From assembly GCF_003334385.1 (NCBI RefSeq), contig NZ_QOWN01000029.1: DNA of 59,866 bases; one strand, 5' to 3'. The DNA is from Escherichia coli (GTDB taxonomy: Bacteria; Pseudomonadota; Gammaproteobacteria; Enterobacterales; Enterobacteriaceae). A program made the position numbers and the translations under genes. The notes beneath the pieces were generated by a model. It saw nothing but the letters and a program-made list of their open reading frames with translations. It did no database searches and had not been told where the DNA came from. Positions 45,784 through 59,866 of this stretch are shown here, in pieces; the stretch's first letter is position 1; each line of letters opens with the position of its first letter.

Positions 45784-47298
45784 ATGAGTTTTTCCGTTGA
45801 TGTGCTGGCGAATATCGCCATCGAATTGCAGCGTGGGATTGGTCACCAGGATCGTTTTCAGCGCCTGATCACCACGCTACGTCAGGTGCTGGAGTGCGAT
45901 GCGTCTGCGTTGCTACGTTACGATTCGCGGCAGTTTATTCCGCTTGCCATCGACGGTCTGGCAAAGGATGTACTCGGTAGACGCTTTGCGCTGGAAGGGC
46001 ATCCACGGCTGGAAGCGATTGCCCGCGCCGGGGATGTGGTGCGCTTTCCCGCAGACAGCGAATTGCCCGATCCCTATGACGGTTTGATTCCTGGGCAGGA
46101 GAGTCTGAAGGTTCACGCCTGCGTTGGTCTGCCATTGTTTGCCGGGCAAAACCTGATCGGCGCACTGACGCTCGACGGGATGCAGCCCGATCAGTTCGAT
46201 GTTTTCAGCGACGAAGAGCTACGGCTGATTGCTGCGCTGGCGGCGGGAGCGTTAAGCAATGCGTTGCTGATTGAACAACTGGAAAGCCAGAATATGCTGC
46301 CAGGCGATGCCACGCCGTTTGAAGCGGTGAAACAGACGCAGATGATTGGCTTGTCCCCTGGCATGACGCAACTGAAAAAAGAGATTGAGATTGTGGCGGC
46401 GTCCGATCTCAACGTCCTGATCAGCGGTGAGACTGGAACCGGTAAGGAGCTGGTGGCGAAAGCGATTCATGAAGCCTCGCCACGGGCGGTGAATCCGCTG
46501 GTCTATCTCAACTGTGCTGCACTGCCGGAAAGTGTGGCGGAAAGTGAGTTGTTCGGGCATGTGAAAGGAGCGTTTACTGGCGCTATCAGTAATCGCAGCG
46601 GGAAGTTTGAAATGGCGGATAACGGCACGCTGTTTCTGGATGAGATCGGCGAGTTGTCGTTGGCATTGCAGGCCAAGCTGCTGAGGGTGTTGCAGTATGG
46701 CGATATTCAGCGCGTTGGCGATGACCGTTGTTTGCGGGTCGATGTGCGCGTGCTGGCGGCGACTAACCGCGATTTACGCGAAGAGGTGCTGGCAGGGCGA
46801 TTCCGCGCCGATTTGTTTCATCGCCTGAGCGTGTTTCCACTTTCGGTGCCGCCGCTGCGTGAGCGGGGCGATGATGTCATTCTGCTGGCGGGGTATTTCT
46901 GCGAGCAGTGTCGTTTGCGGCAGGGGCTCTCCCGCGTGGTATTAAGTGCCGGAGCGCGAAATTTACTGCAACACTACAGTTTTCCGGGAAACGTGCGCGA
47001 ACTGGAACATGCTATTCATCGGGCGGTAGTTCTGGCGAGAGCCACCCGCAGCGGCGATGAAGTGATTCTTGAGGCGCAACATTTTGCTTTTCCTGAGGTG
47101 ACGTTGCCGACGCCAGAAGTGGCGGCGGTGCCCGTTGTTAAGCAAAACCTGCGTGAAGCGACAGAAGCGTTCCAGCGTGAAACTATTCGTCAGGCACTGG
47201 CACAAAATCATCACAACTGGGCTGCCTGCGCGCGGATGCTGGAAACCGACGTCGCCAACCTGCATCGGCTGGCGAAACGTCTGGGATTGAAGGATTAA
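45784..47298 (+). CDS. norR: Anaerobic nitric oxide reductase transcription regulator (sigma54 enhancer-binding protein)
   Basis: 504-aa product from [18 protein letters not shown]; GAF domain, AAA+ ([14 protein letters not shown]), HTH. The longer six-frame ORF from 45709 would run through the NorR binding sites. Confidence 0.93.
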   Translation: MSFSVDVLANIAIELQRGIGHQDRFQRLITTLRQVLECDASALLRYDSRQFIPLAIDGLAKDVLGRRFALEGHPRLEAIARAGDVVRFPADSELPDPYDGLIPGQESLKVHACVGLPLFAGQNLIGALTLDGMQPDQFDVFSDEELRLIAALAAGALSNALLIEQLESQNMLPGDATPFEAVKQTQMIGLSPGMTQLKKEIEIVAASDLNVLISGETGTGKELVAKAIHEASPRAVNPLVYLNCAALPESVAESELFGHVKGAFTGAISNRSGKFEMADNGTLFLDEIGELSLALQAKLLRVLQYGDIQRVGDDRCLRVDVRVLAATNRDLREEVLAGRFRADLFHRLSVFPLSVPPLRERGDDVILLAGYFCEQCRLRQGLSRVVLSAGARNLLQHYSFPGNVRELEHAIHRAVVLARATRSGDEVILEAQHFAFPEVTLPTPEVAAVPVVKQNLREATEAFQRETIRQALAQNHHNWAACARMLETDVANLHRLAKRLGLKD

Positions 47299-48260
47299 AT
47301 AATCCCGGCCTGATAGAAATCCTGCAGGTTTATTGCGCCGGTGAGTTTGCCGTTTTCATCCACCACCGGTGCGGCAGTGATTTTGCGCTTCATCAGGATC
47401 TCTTTGGCGTCGATGGCGCGACTTTGCGATTGCAACGTGGTGCCGCCGACCGTCATCGCTTCATTGACTGGCGTGGTGAGTGCGCCGCCGCCAACCAGCC
47501 AGCGACGTAAATCGCCGTCGGTAAAGACGCCTTGTACCTGTTGTTGAGCGTCACATACCGCCACCAGCCCCAGACCGGTGCGGCTGAGTTCCAGCATCGC
47601 ATCCATCACGCTGGCGGTTAACGCCACCTGTGGGATGGCATCGTCACGGCGCATCAGATGATGCACTTTATTCAGCAAGCGAGCGCCCAGTGCCCCGGCT
47701 GGGTGGGAGCGGGCAAAATCTTCTTCATTAAATCCGCGCGCCTGCATGACCGCCATCGCCAGCGCGTCACCCATCATCAGGGTATTGACGGTGCTGGAGG
47801 TCGGCGCAAGGTGCATCGGGCAGGCTTCGCGTTCTACGGAGATATCCAGCACCGCTTTTGCCGCCAGGCCCAGCGGTGACGTCGGTTTGCCGGTCATCGC
47901 CAGCAGCGCGATAGATTTATCTTCCAGACGCGGAATAATCAGATCCAGTTCCTTCGCGCCACCGGAGTAAGAGATAAACAGCATCACATCGCGGCTTTCG
48001 ATCATCCCCAGATCGCCGTGCAGCGCTTCTGCCGGATGGACAAAAAAAGCCGGAGTGCCGGTACTGGCAAGCGTTGCGGCGATTTTCTTACCAATGTGGC
48101 CCGATTTGCCAATTCCCGAAACCACCACTTTGCCTTCACAGTGCAGGATGATATTGGCGGCGCGAACAAAATCATCGCCCAGACGTTCCGGTAAACGGCT
48201 TGCTTCCTGCAACTCCAGCATTAACGTCTGACGTCCCGCGTTCAGTAGTGCTTCACTCAT
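47295..48260 (-). CDS. gutQ: D-arabinose 5-phosphate isomerase (SIS + CBS domains)
   Basis: 321-aa ORF; stop overlaps the convergent norR stop by 4 bp. Confidence 0.93.
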
Positions 48261-49026
48261 TGCTCTCTCCGGTTATGATCACATCGATCCCTTTCTCTTC
48301 CAGCGCCTGACGAAACGCCGGATCGATACCTGCGTCGGTAATCAGCTTATCGACGCTTTCAAGACTGCAAACTACGTTGGGGCTTTTACGGCCAAACTTT
48401 GATGAGTCCGCCATCAAAATCACTTCGCGCGCGGCATTGCACATTGCCTTACTGACGGTATAAACCTCGTTAAAGGTGGTTACGCCCGCATTGAGATCGA
48501 TGCCGTCGGTGCCCATAAACAATTTATCGAAGGTGAAATGCTCGAAGGCATTCTCTGCCAGTTGCCCGTGAAATGAGGCCGATTTTTTGCGAAACGTTCC
48601 GCCTGGCATCAGGATAGTTTGTTCGTTATCCAGTTCGGATAGCGCATTGACGATATGCAGGCTGTTGGTCATCACCGTGATGTTATTAAAGCGCGAGAGC
48701 AGGGGAACCATCTGCAAAACGGTACTGCCAGCATCAAGAATGATCGAATCGCCATCATGGATAAAACTAACGGCAGCTTCTGCAATCAGCTCTTTCTTGT
48801 GGGTGTTGATGAGTGTTTTATGATCGATAGGCGGATCGGATTCCTCTTTATTCAACACCACTCCGCCATAAGTACGAATGACGGTTCCGGCATGTTCCAG
48901 AATGACCAGATCTTTGCGAATGGTTGTGCCTGTGGTGTCAAAGTATTGCGCCAATTCTTCAACCGAGCATTTACCCTGCTTTTGCAGATACTCCAGAATG
49001 GCGGCCTGACGCTGACGAGGTTTCAT
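48253..49026 (-). CDS. srlR: DeoR-family glucitol operon repressor
   Basis: 257-aa ORF starting [29 protein letters not shown]. Confidence 0.93.
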
Positions 49027-49092
49027 GGGCGTGATTACCTGATTTAGGTTTCAAAATGATAACTTCGCAAGCAAGTAACATTCACAACGAAA

Positions 49093-49452
49093 TTATCCAC
49101 GTTTCAGTTTAAGCGCCAATGATAGAGCATTCTGTGATAGTGGATCATGGGGAAAGATCACATCGGGCTGTAAATCACCCGCATGCATACCGGTAATTGC
49201 GGGAATTTTTTGCGGTCGGGCGAAGACGGTCAGTCCTTTCATAAACAAGGTGTCGACGATGCGCTGCTGATCGTCCAGCGCGATGGCGACCACGACCCGC
49301 GGTTTAAAGCGCCCGCTGGAACGGCCCACGCCAACCCGCCCTTGCTGGCATAGTGTGTCGAAGGCACGGTTAAAACGAGAAATTTGCCAGCCGCCTAAGG
49401 CCAGTTGCGCACACCAGGCGATAACGGCGACGGTGATGAGTGCGGATACCAT
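49093..49452 (-). CDS. gutM: Glucitol operon activator GutM
   Basis: 119-aa ORF with N-terminal hydrophobic segment. Confidence 0.9.
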   Translation of the reverse strand: MVSALITVAVIAWCAQLALGGWQISRFNRAFDTLCQQGRVGVGRSSGRFKPRVVVAIALDDQQRIVDTLFMKGLTVFARPQKIPAITGMHAGDLQPDVIFPHDPLSQNALSLALKLKRG

Positions 49453-49486
49453 AACTTTTCCTTAATGTAGTGGCGGAAGTCCTGTA

Positions 49487-49513
49487 TGCCTGATGAGCGT
49501 AGCGCATCAGGCA
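49487..49513. repeat. REP-like palindrome (srlD-gutM intergenic)
   Basis: TGCCTGATGAGCGTAGCGCATCAGGCA, followed by a second hairpin CGGAGATCCTTAATGGATCTCCG at 49527-49549. Confidence 0.7.
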
Positions 49514-49556
49514 TTCTATAGTCTCACGGAGATCCTTAATGGATCTCCGCTGTTGA

Positions 49557-50711
<1,155 letters not shown>

Positions 50712-50721
50712 GTTTCAGCCT

Positions 50722-52259
<1,538 letters not shown>

Positions 52260-52496
52260 TTATTGTTTTATTACCAAACGGCAACCTAATCTAATCAGAT
52301 TGAAAGATTTAAAAGTGTTATTTTGATCGCAAAATGAAAGATAAATATTTTAATTTGAAAGTTTGAATAAAAGGATAGCGAGGGGAATGAGTTGAGTTAT
52401 GTAAAGTCCGTATCGGGCAGTGACTACCGCTTCCTTGTGCGGGGCGTGATGCTTTACCATACTTGCCCCTGGTTGAATCTGTTAAATGGACCCCTC

Positions 52497-53582
52497 ATGT
52501 TCAAGCGTCGTTATGTAACATTGCTTCCCCTTTTTGTGTTGCTTGCCGCCTGTAGCAGCAAGCCAAAACCTACTGAGACTGATACGACCACCGGAACGCC
52601 GTCTGGCGGCTTCCTGCTTGAGCCGCAGCACAATGTGATGCAGATGGGCGGCGATTTCGCTAATAACCCGAATGCCCAGCAGTTCATCGACAAAATGGTG
52701 AACAAACACGGTTTCGATCGTCAGCAGTTGCAGGAAATTCTCTCCCAGGCGAAGCGTCTGGATTCGGTACTGCGGCTGATGGATAACCAGGCACCAACCA
52801 CATCGGTGAAACCGCCATCAGGTCCGAACGGCGCATGGCTCCGTTATCGCAAAAAATTTATTACGCCGGACAACGTGCAGAACGGTGTGGTTTTCTGGAA
52901 TCAGTATGAAGATGCGTTGAATCGCGCGTGGCAGGTGTATGGAGTACCGCCGGAAATTATCGTCGGGATTATCGGCGTTGAAACCCGCTGGGGGCGCGTG
53001 ATGGGGAAAACTCGCATCCTCGATGCGCTGGCAACGCTGTCATTTAACTACCCACGCCGCGCGGAGTATTTCTCTGGCGAGCTGGAAACCTTCCTGTTGA
53101 TGGCGCGCGACGAGCAGGACGATCCGCTCAATCTGAAAGGTTCCTTTGCCGGGGCGATGGGCTACGGACAGTTTATGCCGTCGTCTTACAAACAATATGC
53201 GGTAGATTTCAGCGGCGACGGGCATATCAACCTGTGGGATCCGGTTGATGCGATCGGTAGCGTGGCGAACTATTTCAAAGCGCACGGCTGGGTGAAAGGC
53301 GATCAGGTCGCGGTAATGGCAAACGGTCAGGCTCCAGGCTTGCCAAATGGCTTCAAAACTAAGTACAGCATTTCGCAGCTTGCCGCCGCAGGTTTAACGC
53401 CACAGCAGCCGCTGGGCAACCATCAACAAGCCAGCCTGCTGCGTCTGGATGTTGGCACCGGCTACCAGTACTGGTACGGTCTGCCGAACTTCTACACCAT
53501 CACCCGTTACAACCACAGCACCCATTACGCAATGGCGGTCTGGCAGTTAGGACAAGCCGTGGCGCTGGCGCGAGTACAGTAG
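52497..53582 (+). CDS. mltB: Membrane-bound lytic murein transglycosylase B
   Basis: 361-aa product from MFKRRYVTLLPLFVLLAACSS (lipobox LAACS). ATG at 52497 chosen over the longer six-frame ORF from 52392, which lacks a signal peptide. Confidence 0.93.
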   Translation: MFKRRYVTLLPLFVLLAACSSKPKPTETDTTTGTPSGGFLLEPQHNVMQMGGDFANNPNAQQFIDKMVNKHGFDRQQLQEILSQAKRLDSVLRLMDNQAPTTSVKPPSGPNGAWLRYRKKFITPDNVQNGVVFWNQYEDALNRAWQVYGVPPEIIVGIIGVETRWGRVMGKTRILDALATLSFNYPRRAEYFSGELETFLLMARDEQDDPLNLKGSFAGAMGYGQFMPSSYKQYAVDFSGDGHINLWDPVDAIGSVANYFKAHGWVKGDQVAVMANGQAPGLPNGFKTKYSISQLAAAGLTPQQPLGNHQQASLLRLDVGTGYQYWYGLPNFYTITRYNHSTHYAMAVWQLGQAVALARVQ

Positions 53583-53726
53583 CTATTTACAAGAGGGGGG
53601 CGTGAGCTTCCCTCTGGCTAATCAGCTTTTTTCTGAATCCTCCTCGTAAAATTGCAACGCCAACACCATCTTCCTGACGAAAGTGCTATCTTGTCCGGCA
53701 TAAATTTTTGACTGACAGAGGTTGTG

Positions 53727-54224
53727 ATGACTGACAGTGAACTGATGCAGTTAAGTGAACAGGTTGGGCAGGCGCTGAAAGCCCGTGGCGCAACCGTAAC
53801 AACTGCCGAGTCTTGTACCGGTGGTTGGGTAGCGAAAGTGATTACCGATATTGCCGGTAGCTCCGCCTGGTTTGAACGCGGATTTGTCACCTACAGTAAC
53901 GAAGCCAAAGCGCAGATGATCGGCGTACGCGAAGAGACGCTGGCGCAGCATGGCGCGGTGAGTGAACCCGTCGTGGTGGAAATGGCGATAGGCGCACTGA
54001 AAGCGGCTCGTGCTGATTATGCCGTGTCTATTAGTGGTATCGCCGGGCCGGATGGCGGCAGTGAAGAGAAGCCTGTCGGCACCGTCTGGTTTGCTTTTGC
54101 CACTGCCCGCGGTGAAGGCATTACCCGGCGGGAATGCTTCAGCGGCGACCGTGATGCGGTGCGTCGTCAGGCTACTGCGTATGCATTGCAGACCTTGTGG
54201 CAACAATTTCTACAAAACACTTGA
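53727..54224 (+). CDS. pncC: NMN amidohydrolase (CinA-like C-terminal domain)
   Basis: 165-aa product MTDSELMQLSEQVGQAL with TAESCTGG motif. Confidence 0.9.
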   Translation: MTDSELMQLSEQVGQALKARGATVTTAESCTGGWVAKVITDIAGSSAWFERGFVTYSNEAKAQMIGVREETLAQHGAVSEPVVVEMAIGALKAARADYAVSISGIAGPDGGSEEKPVGTVWFAFATARGEGITRRECFSGDRDAVRRQATAYALQTLWQQFLQNT

Positions 54225-55365
<1,141 letters not shown>

Positions 55366-55384
55366 TCGTCTTGTTTGATACACA

Positions 55385-55415
55385 AGGGTCGCATCTGCGG
55401 CCCTTTTGCTTTTTT
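55385..55415 (+). terminator. Intrinsic terminator between recA and recX
   Basis: AGGGTCGCATCTGCGGCCCT hairpin followed by TTTGCTTTTTT. Confidence 0.7.
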
Positions 55416-55433
55416 AAGTTGTAAGGATATGCC

Positions 55434-55934
55434 ATGACAGAATCAACATCCCGTCGCCCGGCATATGCTCGCCTGTTGGATCGTGCGGTACGCATTCTGG
55501 CGGTGCGCGATCACAGTGAGCAAGAACTGCGACGTAAACTCGCGGCACCGATTATGGGCAAAAATGGCCCAGAAGAGATTGATGCTACGGCAGAAGATTA
55601 CGAGCGCGTTATTGCCTGGTGCCATGAACATGGCTATCTCGATGACAGCCGATTTGTTGCGCGCTTTATCGCCAGCCGTAGCCGCAAAGGTTATGGACCT
55701 GCGCGTATTCGCCAGGAACTGAATCAGAAAGGTATTTCCCGCGAAGCGACAGAAAAAGCGATGCGTGAATGTGACATCGACTGGTGCGCACTGGCGCGCG
55801 ATCAGGCGACGCGAAAATATGGCGAACCTTTGCCAACTGTCTTTTCAGAAAAAGTTAAGATCCAGCGTTTTCTGCTCTATCGTGGCTATCTGATGGAAGA
55901 TATCCAGGAGATTTGGCGAAATTTTGCCGACTGA
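55434..55934 (+). CDS. recX: RecA regulator RecX
   Basis: 166-aa ORF. Confidence 0.93.
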   Translation: MTESTSRRPAYARLLDRAVRILAVRDHSEQELRRKLAAPIMGKNGPEEIDATAEDYERVIAWCHEHGYLDDSRFVARFIASRSRKGYGPARIRQELNQKGISREATEKAMRECDIDWCALARDQATRKYGEPLPTVFSEKVKIQRFLLYRGYLMEDIQEIWRNFAD

Positions 55935-56061
55935 ACGCATACGGTATTTTACTTCCCAGTCAAGAAAACTTATCTTATTCCCACTTTTCAGTTACCAGCC
56001 CGGCGGTTAAGACACGCTGGAGCTGGTGGCGATATTTCGTTAGCTTGATTTCAGGATAATT

Positions 56062-58692
56062 ATGAGCAAGAGCACCGCTGAGATCCGTCAGGCGTTTCTC
56101 GACTTTTTCCATAGTAAGGGACATCAGGTAGTTGCCAGCAGCTCCCTGGTACCCCATAACGACCCAACTTTGTTGTTTACCAACGCCGGGATGAACCAGT
56201 TCAAGGATGTGTTCCTTGGGCTCGACAAGCGTAATTATTCCCGCGCTACCACTTCCCAACGCTGCGTGCGTGCGGGTGGTAAACACAACGACCTGGAAAA
56301 CGTCGGTTACACCGCGCGTCACCATACCTTCTTCGAAATGCTGGGCAACTTCAGCTTCGGCGACTATTTCAAACACGATGCCATTCAGTTTGCATGGGAA
56401 CTGCTGACCAGCGAAAAATGGTTTGCCCTGCCGAAAGAGCGTCTGTGGGTTACCGTCTATGAAAGCGACGACGAAGCCTACGAAATCTGGGAAAAAGAAG
56501 TAGGGATCCCGCGCGAACGTATTATTCGCATCGGCGATAACAAAGGTGCGCCATACGCATCTGACAACTTCTGGCAGATGGGTGACACTGGTCCGTGCGG
56601 CCCGTGCACCGAAATCTTCTACGATCACGGCGACCACATTTGGGGGGGCCCTCCGGGAAGCCCGGAAGAAGACGGCGACCGCTACATTGAGATCTGGAAC
56701 ATCGTCTTCATGCAGTTCAACCGCCAGGCCGATGGCACGATGGAACCGCTGCCGAAGCCGTCTGTAGATACCGGTATGGGTCTGGAGCGTATTGCTGCGG
56801 TGCTGCAACACGTTAACTCTAACTATGACATCGACCTGTTCCGCACGCTGATCCAGGCGGTAGCGAAAGTCACTGGCGCAACCGATCTGAGCAATAAATC
56901 GCTGCGCGTAATCGCTGACCACATTCGTTCTTGTGCGTTCCTGATCGCGGATGGCGTAATGCCGTCCAATGAAAACCGTGGTTATGTACTGCGTCGTATC
57001 ATTCGTCGCGCAGTGCGTCACGGTAATATGCTCGGCGCGAAAGAAACCTTCTTCTACAAACTGGTTGGTCCGCTGATCGACGTTATGGGCTCTGCGGGTG
57101 AAGACCTGAAACGCCAGCAGGCGCAGGTTGAGCAGGTGCTGAAGACTGAAGAAGAGCAGTTTGCTCGTACTCTGGAGCGCGGTCTGGCGTTGCTGGATGA
57201 AGAGCTGGCAAAACTTTCTGGTGATACGCTGGATGGTGAAACTGCTTTCCGTCTGTACGACACCTATGGCTTCCCGGTTGACCTGACGGCTGATGTTTGT
57301 CGTGAGCGCAACATCAAAGTTGACGAAGCTGGTTTTGAAGCTGCAATGGAAGAGCAGCGTCGTCGCGCGCGCGAAGCCAGCGGCTTTGGTGCCGATTACA
57401 ACGCAATGATCCGTGTTGACAGTGCATCTGAATTTAAAGGCTATGACCATCTGGAACTGAACGGCAAAGTGACTGCGCTGTTTGTTGATGGTAAAGCGGT
57501 TGATGCCATCAATGCAGGCCAGGAAGCTGTGGTCGTGCTGGATCAAACGCCATTCTATGCGGAATCCGGCGGTCAGGTTGGCGATAAAGGCGAACTGAAA
57601 GGCGCTAACTTCTCCTTTGCGGTGGAAGATACGCAGAAATACGGCCAGGCGATTGGTCACATCGGTAAACTTGCTGCAGGTTCTCTGAAAGTGGGCGACG
57701 CGGTGCAGGCTGATGTTGATGAGGCTCGTCGCGCCCGTATTCGTCTGAATCACTCCGCAACGCACCTGATGCACGCTGCGCTGCGCCAGGTTCTGGGTAC
57801 TCATGTATCGCAGAAAGGTTCACTGGTTAACGACAAGGTGCTGCGCTTCGACTTCTCACACAACGAAGCGATGAAACCAGAAGAGATTCGTGCGGTCGAA
57901 GACCTGGTGAACACACAGATTCGTCGCAATTTGCCGATCGAAACCAACATCATGGATCTTGAAGCGGCGAAAGCGAAAGGTGCGATGGCGCTGTTCGGCG
58001 AGAAGTATGATGAGCGCGTACGCGTGCTGAGCATGGGCGATTTCTCTACCGAGTTGTGTGGCGGTACTCACGCCAGCCGCACTGGTGATATTGGTCTGTT
58101 CCGCATCATCTCTGAATCGGGTACTGCTGCAGGCGTTCGTCGTATCGAAGCGGTAACCGGAGAAGGTGCTATCGCCACCGTTCATGCAGACAGCGATCGC
58201 TTAAGCGAAGTCGCGCATCTGCTGAAAGGCGATAGCAATAATCTGGCTGATAAAGTGCGCTCAGTACTGGAACGTACGCGTCAGCTGGAAAAAGAGTTAC
58301 AACAGCTTAAAGAACAAGCTGCCGCACAGGAGAGCGCAAATCTTTCCAGTAAGGCAATTGATGTTAATGGTGTTAAGCTGTTGGTTAGCGAGCTTAGCGG
58401 TGTTGAGCCGAAAATGTTGCGTACCATGGTTGACGATTTAAAAAATCAGCTGGGGTCGACAATTATCGTGCTGGCAACGGTAGTCGAAGGTAAGGTTTCT
58501 CTGATTGCAGGCGTATCTAAGGACGTCACAGATCGTGTGAAAGCAGGGGAACTGATTGGTATGGTCGCTCAGCAGGTGGGCGGCAAGGGTGGTGGACGTC
58601 CTGACATGGCGCAAGCCGGTGGTACGGATGCTGCGGCCTTACCTGCAGCGTTAGCCAGTGTGAAAGGCTGGGTCAGCGCGAAATTGCAATAA
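56062..58692 (+). CDS. alaS: Alanine--tRNA ligase
   Basis: 876-aa ORF starting [24 protein letters not shown]; class II aaRS motifs and editing domain. Confidence 0.98.
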
Positions 58693-58926
58693 TATAAGCG
58701 TCAGGCAATGCCGTGGACTCGCTTCACGGCATTCGCATTAACGCTATCGACAACGATAAAGTCAGGTTGAAGTTGTGTATATCGGCTAAACTTAGGTTTA
58801 ACAGAATGTAATGCCATGACTGCTTAGATGTAATGTGTTTGTCATTGCTTACTTTTTGGCGTTATATGATGGATAATGCCGGGATACAGAGAGACCCGAC
58901 TCTTTTAATCTTTCAAGGAGCAAAGA

Positions 58927-59112
58927 ATGCTGATTCTGACTCGTCGAGTTGGTGAGACCCTCATGATTGGGGATGAGGTCACCGTGACAGTTTTAGGGGT
59001 AAAGGGCAACCAGGTACGTATTGGCGTAAATGCCCCGAAGGAAGTTTCTGTTCACCGTGAAGAGATCTACCAGCGTATCCAGGCTGAAAAATCCCAGCAG
59101 TCCAGTTACTAA
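58927..59112 (+). CDS. csrA: Carbon storage regulator (RNA-binding global regulator)
   Basis: 61-aa [64 protein letters not shown]. Confidence 0.98.
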
Positions 59113-59427
59113 TCTTTCCGCGTCTCATCTTTATCGGTGAGACGCACCCTCAAAATTTCTCCTTCACTCTATAGTCTTTTCGCTTTACTCCCGTTCATTC
59201 AACTTAAGTCTCCATTTTTTTGCATTACTACTATCTGTCAGACCTCCATTCTTCTGTTGATAAAACACTCTTTTTGACGTTTTTACAGACTAATTGAACG
59301 TGAAGTGTGCAAACGATAAAAGTGTAGGAAAAATTGTTTGACTTATAAGTCTCAGAAAGTAATATGTGCGCCACGCAGCGACGATGAGCGATAAACAAGT
59401 TCTTCGAAGCACTCGTAAGAGGCGTGT

Positions 59428-59520
59428 GGTGAGGTGGCCGAGAGGCTGAAGGCGCTCCCCTGCTAAGGGAGTATGCGGTCAAAAGCTGCATCCGGGGTTC
59501 GAATCCCCGCCTCACCGCCA
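59428..59520 (+). tRNA. serV: tRNA-Ser (anticodon GCU), 93 nt with long variable arm
   Basis: GGTGAGGTGGCCGAGAGG...CCCCTGCTAAGGGAG...GGTTCGAATCCCCGCCTCACCGCCA; cloverleaf with anticodon GCT and encoded CCA. Confidence 0.95.
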
Positions 59521-59523
59521 TTT

Positions 59524-59600
59524 GCATCCGTAGCTCAGCTGGATAGAGTACTCGGCTACGAACCGAGCGGTCGGAGGTTCGAATCCTCCCGGATGCACCA
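59524..59600 (+). tRNA. argV: tRNA-Arg (anticodon ACG), 77 nt
   Basis: GCATCCGTAGCTCAGCTGGATAGAGTACTCGGCTACGAACCGAGCGGTCGGAGGTTCGAATCCTCCCGGATGCACCA; anticodon ACG, encoded CCA; only 3 nt after serV. Confidence 0.95.
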
Positions 59601-59798
59601 TATTCTACGTACTTTCAGCGATGAAGGTATGGAAGAGGTGGCGGTAATAACCGCAGGCACCAGGGAGGATAACGTTGCTTTAGCAACGGCCCGAAGGGCG
59701 AGCCGCAAGGCGAGTAATCCTCCCTGATGCACCATCTCTTACTTGATACGGCTTTAGTAGCGGTATCAAAAAATCTGCAGTAAAGTAAGTTTCCCGAT

Positions 59799-59866
59799 GC
59801 ATCCGTAGCTCAGCTGGATAGAGTACTCGGCTACGAACCGAGCGGTCGGAGGTTCGAATCCTCCCG
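59799..59866 (+). tRNA. tRNA-Arg (anticodon ACG), second copy, truncated by the window edge
   Basis: Identical to argV over the 68 nt present; the window ends before the last 9 nt. Confidence 0.9.

Noticed and set aside
52392-52496. N-terminal 35-codon extension of mltB in the longest ORF
   Set aside because: The lipoprotein signal peptide (MFKRRYVTLLPLFVLLAACSS) begins at the internal ATG at 52497; the extension would bury the signal sequence.
55975-57804. 609-aa ORF on the minus strand
   Set aside because: Lies entirely antisense to alaS, whose sense-strand product is unambiguously alanyl-tRNA synthetase. Its composition is that of a shadow ORF of a highly expressed gene and it matches no protein family I recognise.
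59473-59727. 84-aa ORF spanning the tRNA cluster
   Set aside because: Overlaps tRNA-Ser and tRNA-Arg and the structured spacer; an artefact of ORF calling over RNA genes.
59401-59866. Possible integrated island or prophage at the tRNA cluster
   Set aside because: tRNA genes are common integration sites, but no integrase, direct-repeat attachment site or foreign coding sequence lies inside the window; the only oddity is the structured tRNA-derived spacer, reported separately.

Overview
This window reads as a contiguous, syntenic stretch of Escherichia coli core chromosome (K-12-like gene content and protein lengths), in reverse orientation to the usual map. I found no previously undescribed system: every long ORF is accounted for by a well-characterised gene, and there are no integrases, transposases, cas genes or unexplained gene-sized gaps. 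Gene order is: trailer end of a type I-E CRISPR array, iap, cysDNC, ygbE, ftsB, ispDF, truD, surE, pcm, nlpD, rpoS, ygbNMLKJ/ygbI (tetronate catabolism), pphB, mutS, ygbA, fhlA, hypEDCBA, hycABCDEFGHI, ascBF/ascG, hydN-hypF, norWV/norR, gutQ-srlR-gutM-srlDBEA, mltB, pncC, recA, recX, alaS, csrA, then serV and arg tRNAs. The most notable things visible in the sequence are strain-level: (1) rpoS carries a 1-bp insertion in a C-run near codon 35 that stops the canonical frame at codon 37; (2) the CRISPR array is short (6 repeats, 5 spacers) with no cas genes in the window and 97 bp upstream that I do not recognise as the canonical leader; (3) the 198-bp spacer between two tRNA-Arg genes is highly structured and contains a near-copy of the tRNA 3' end. 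Regulatory sites are called by motif inspection only. No database searches or computations were run; all product assignments are from recognising the translated proteins.
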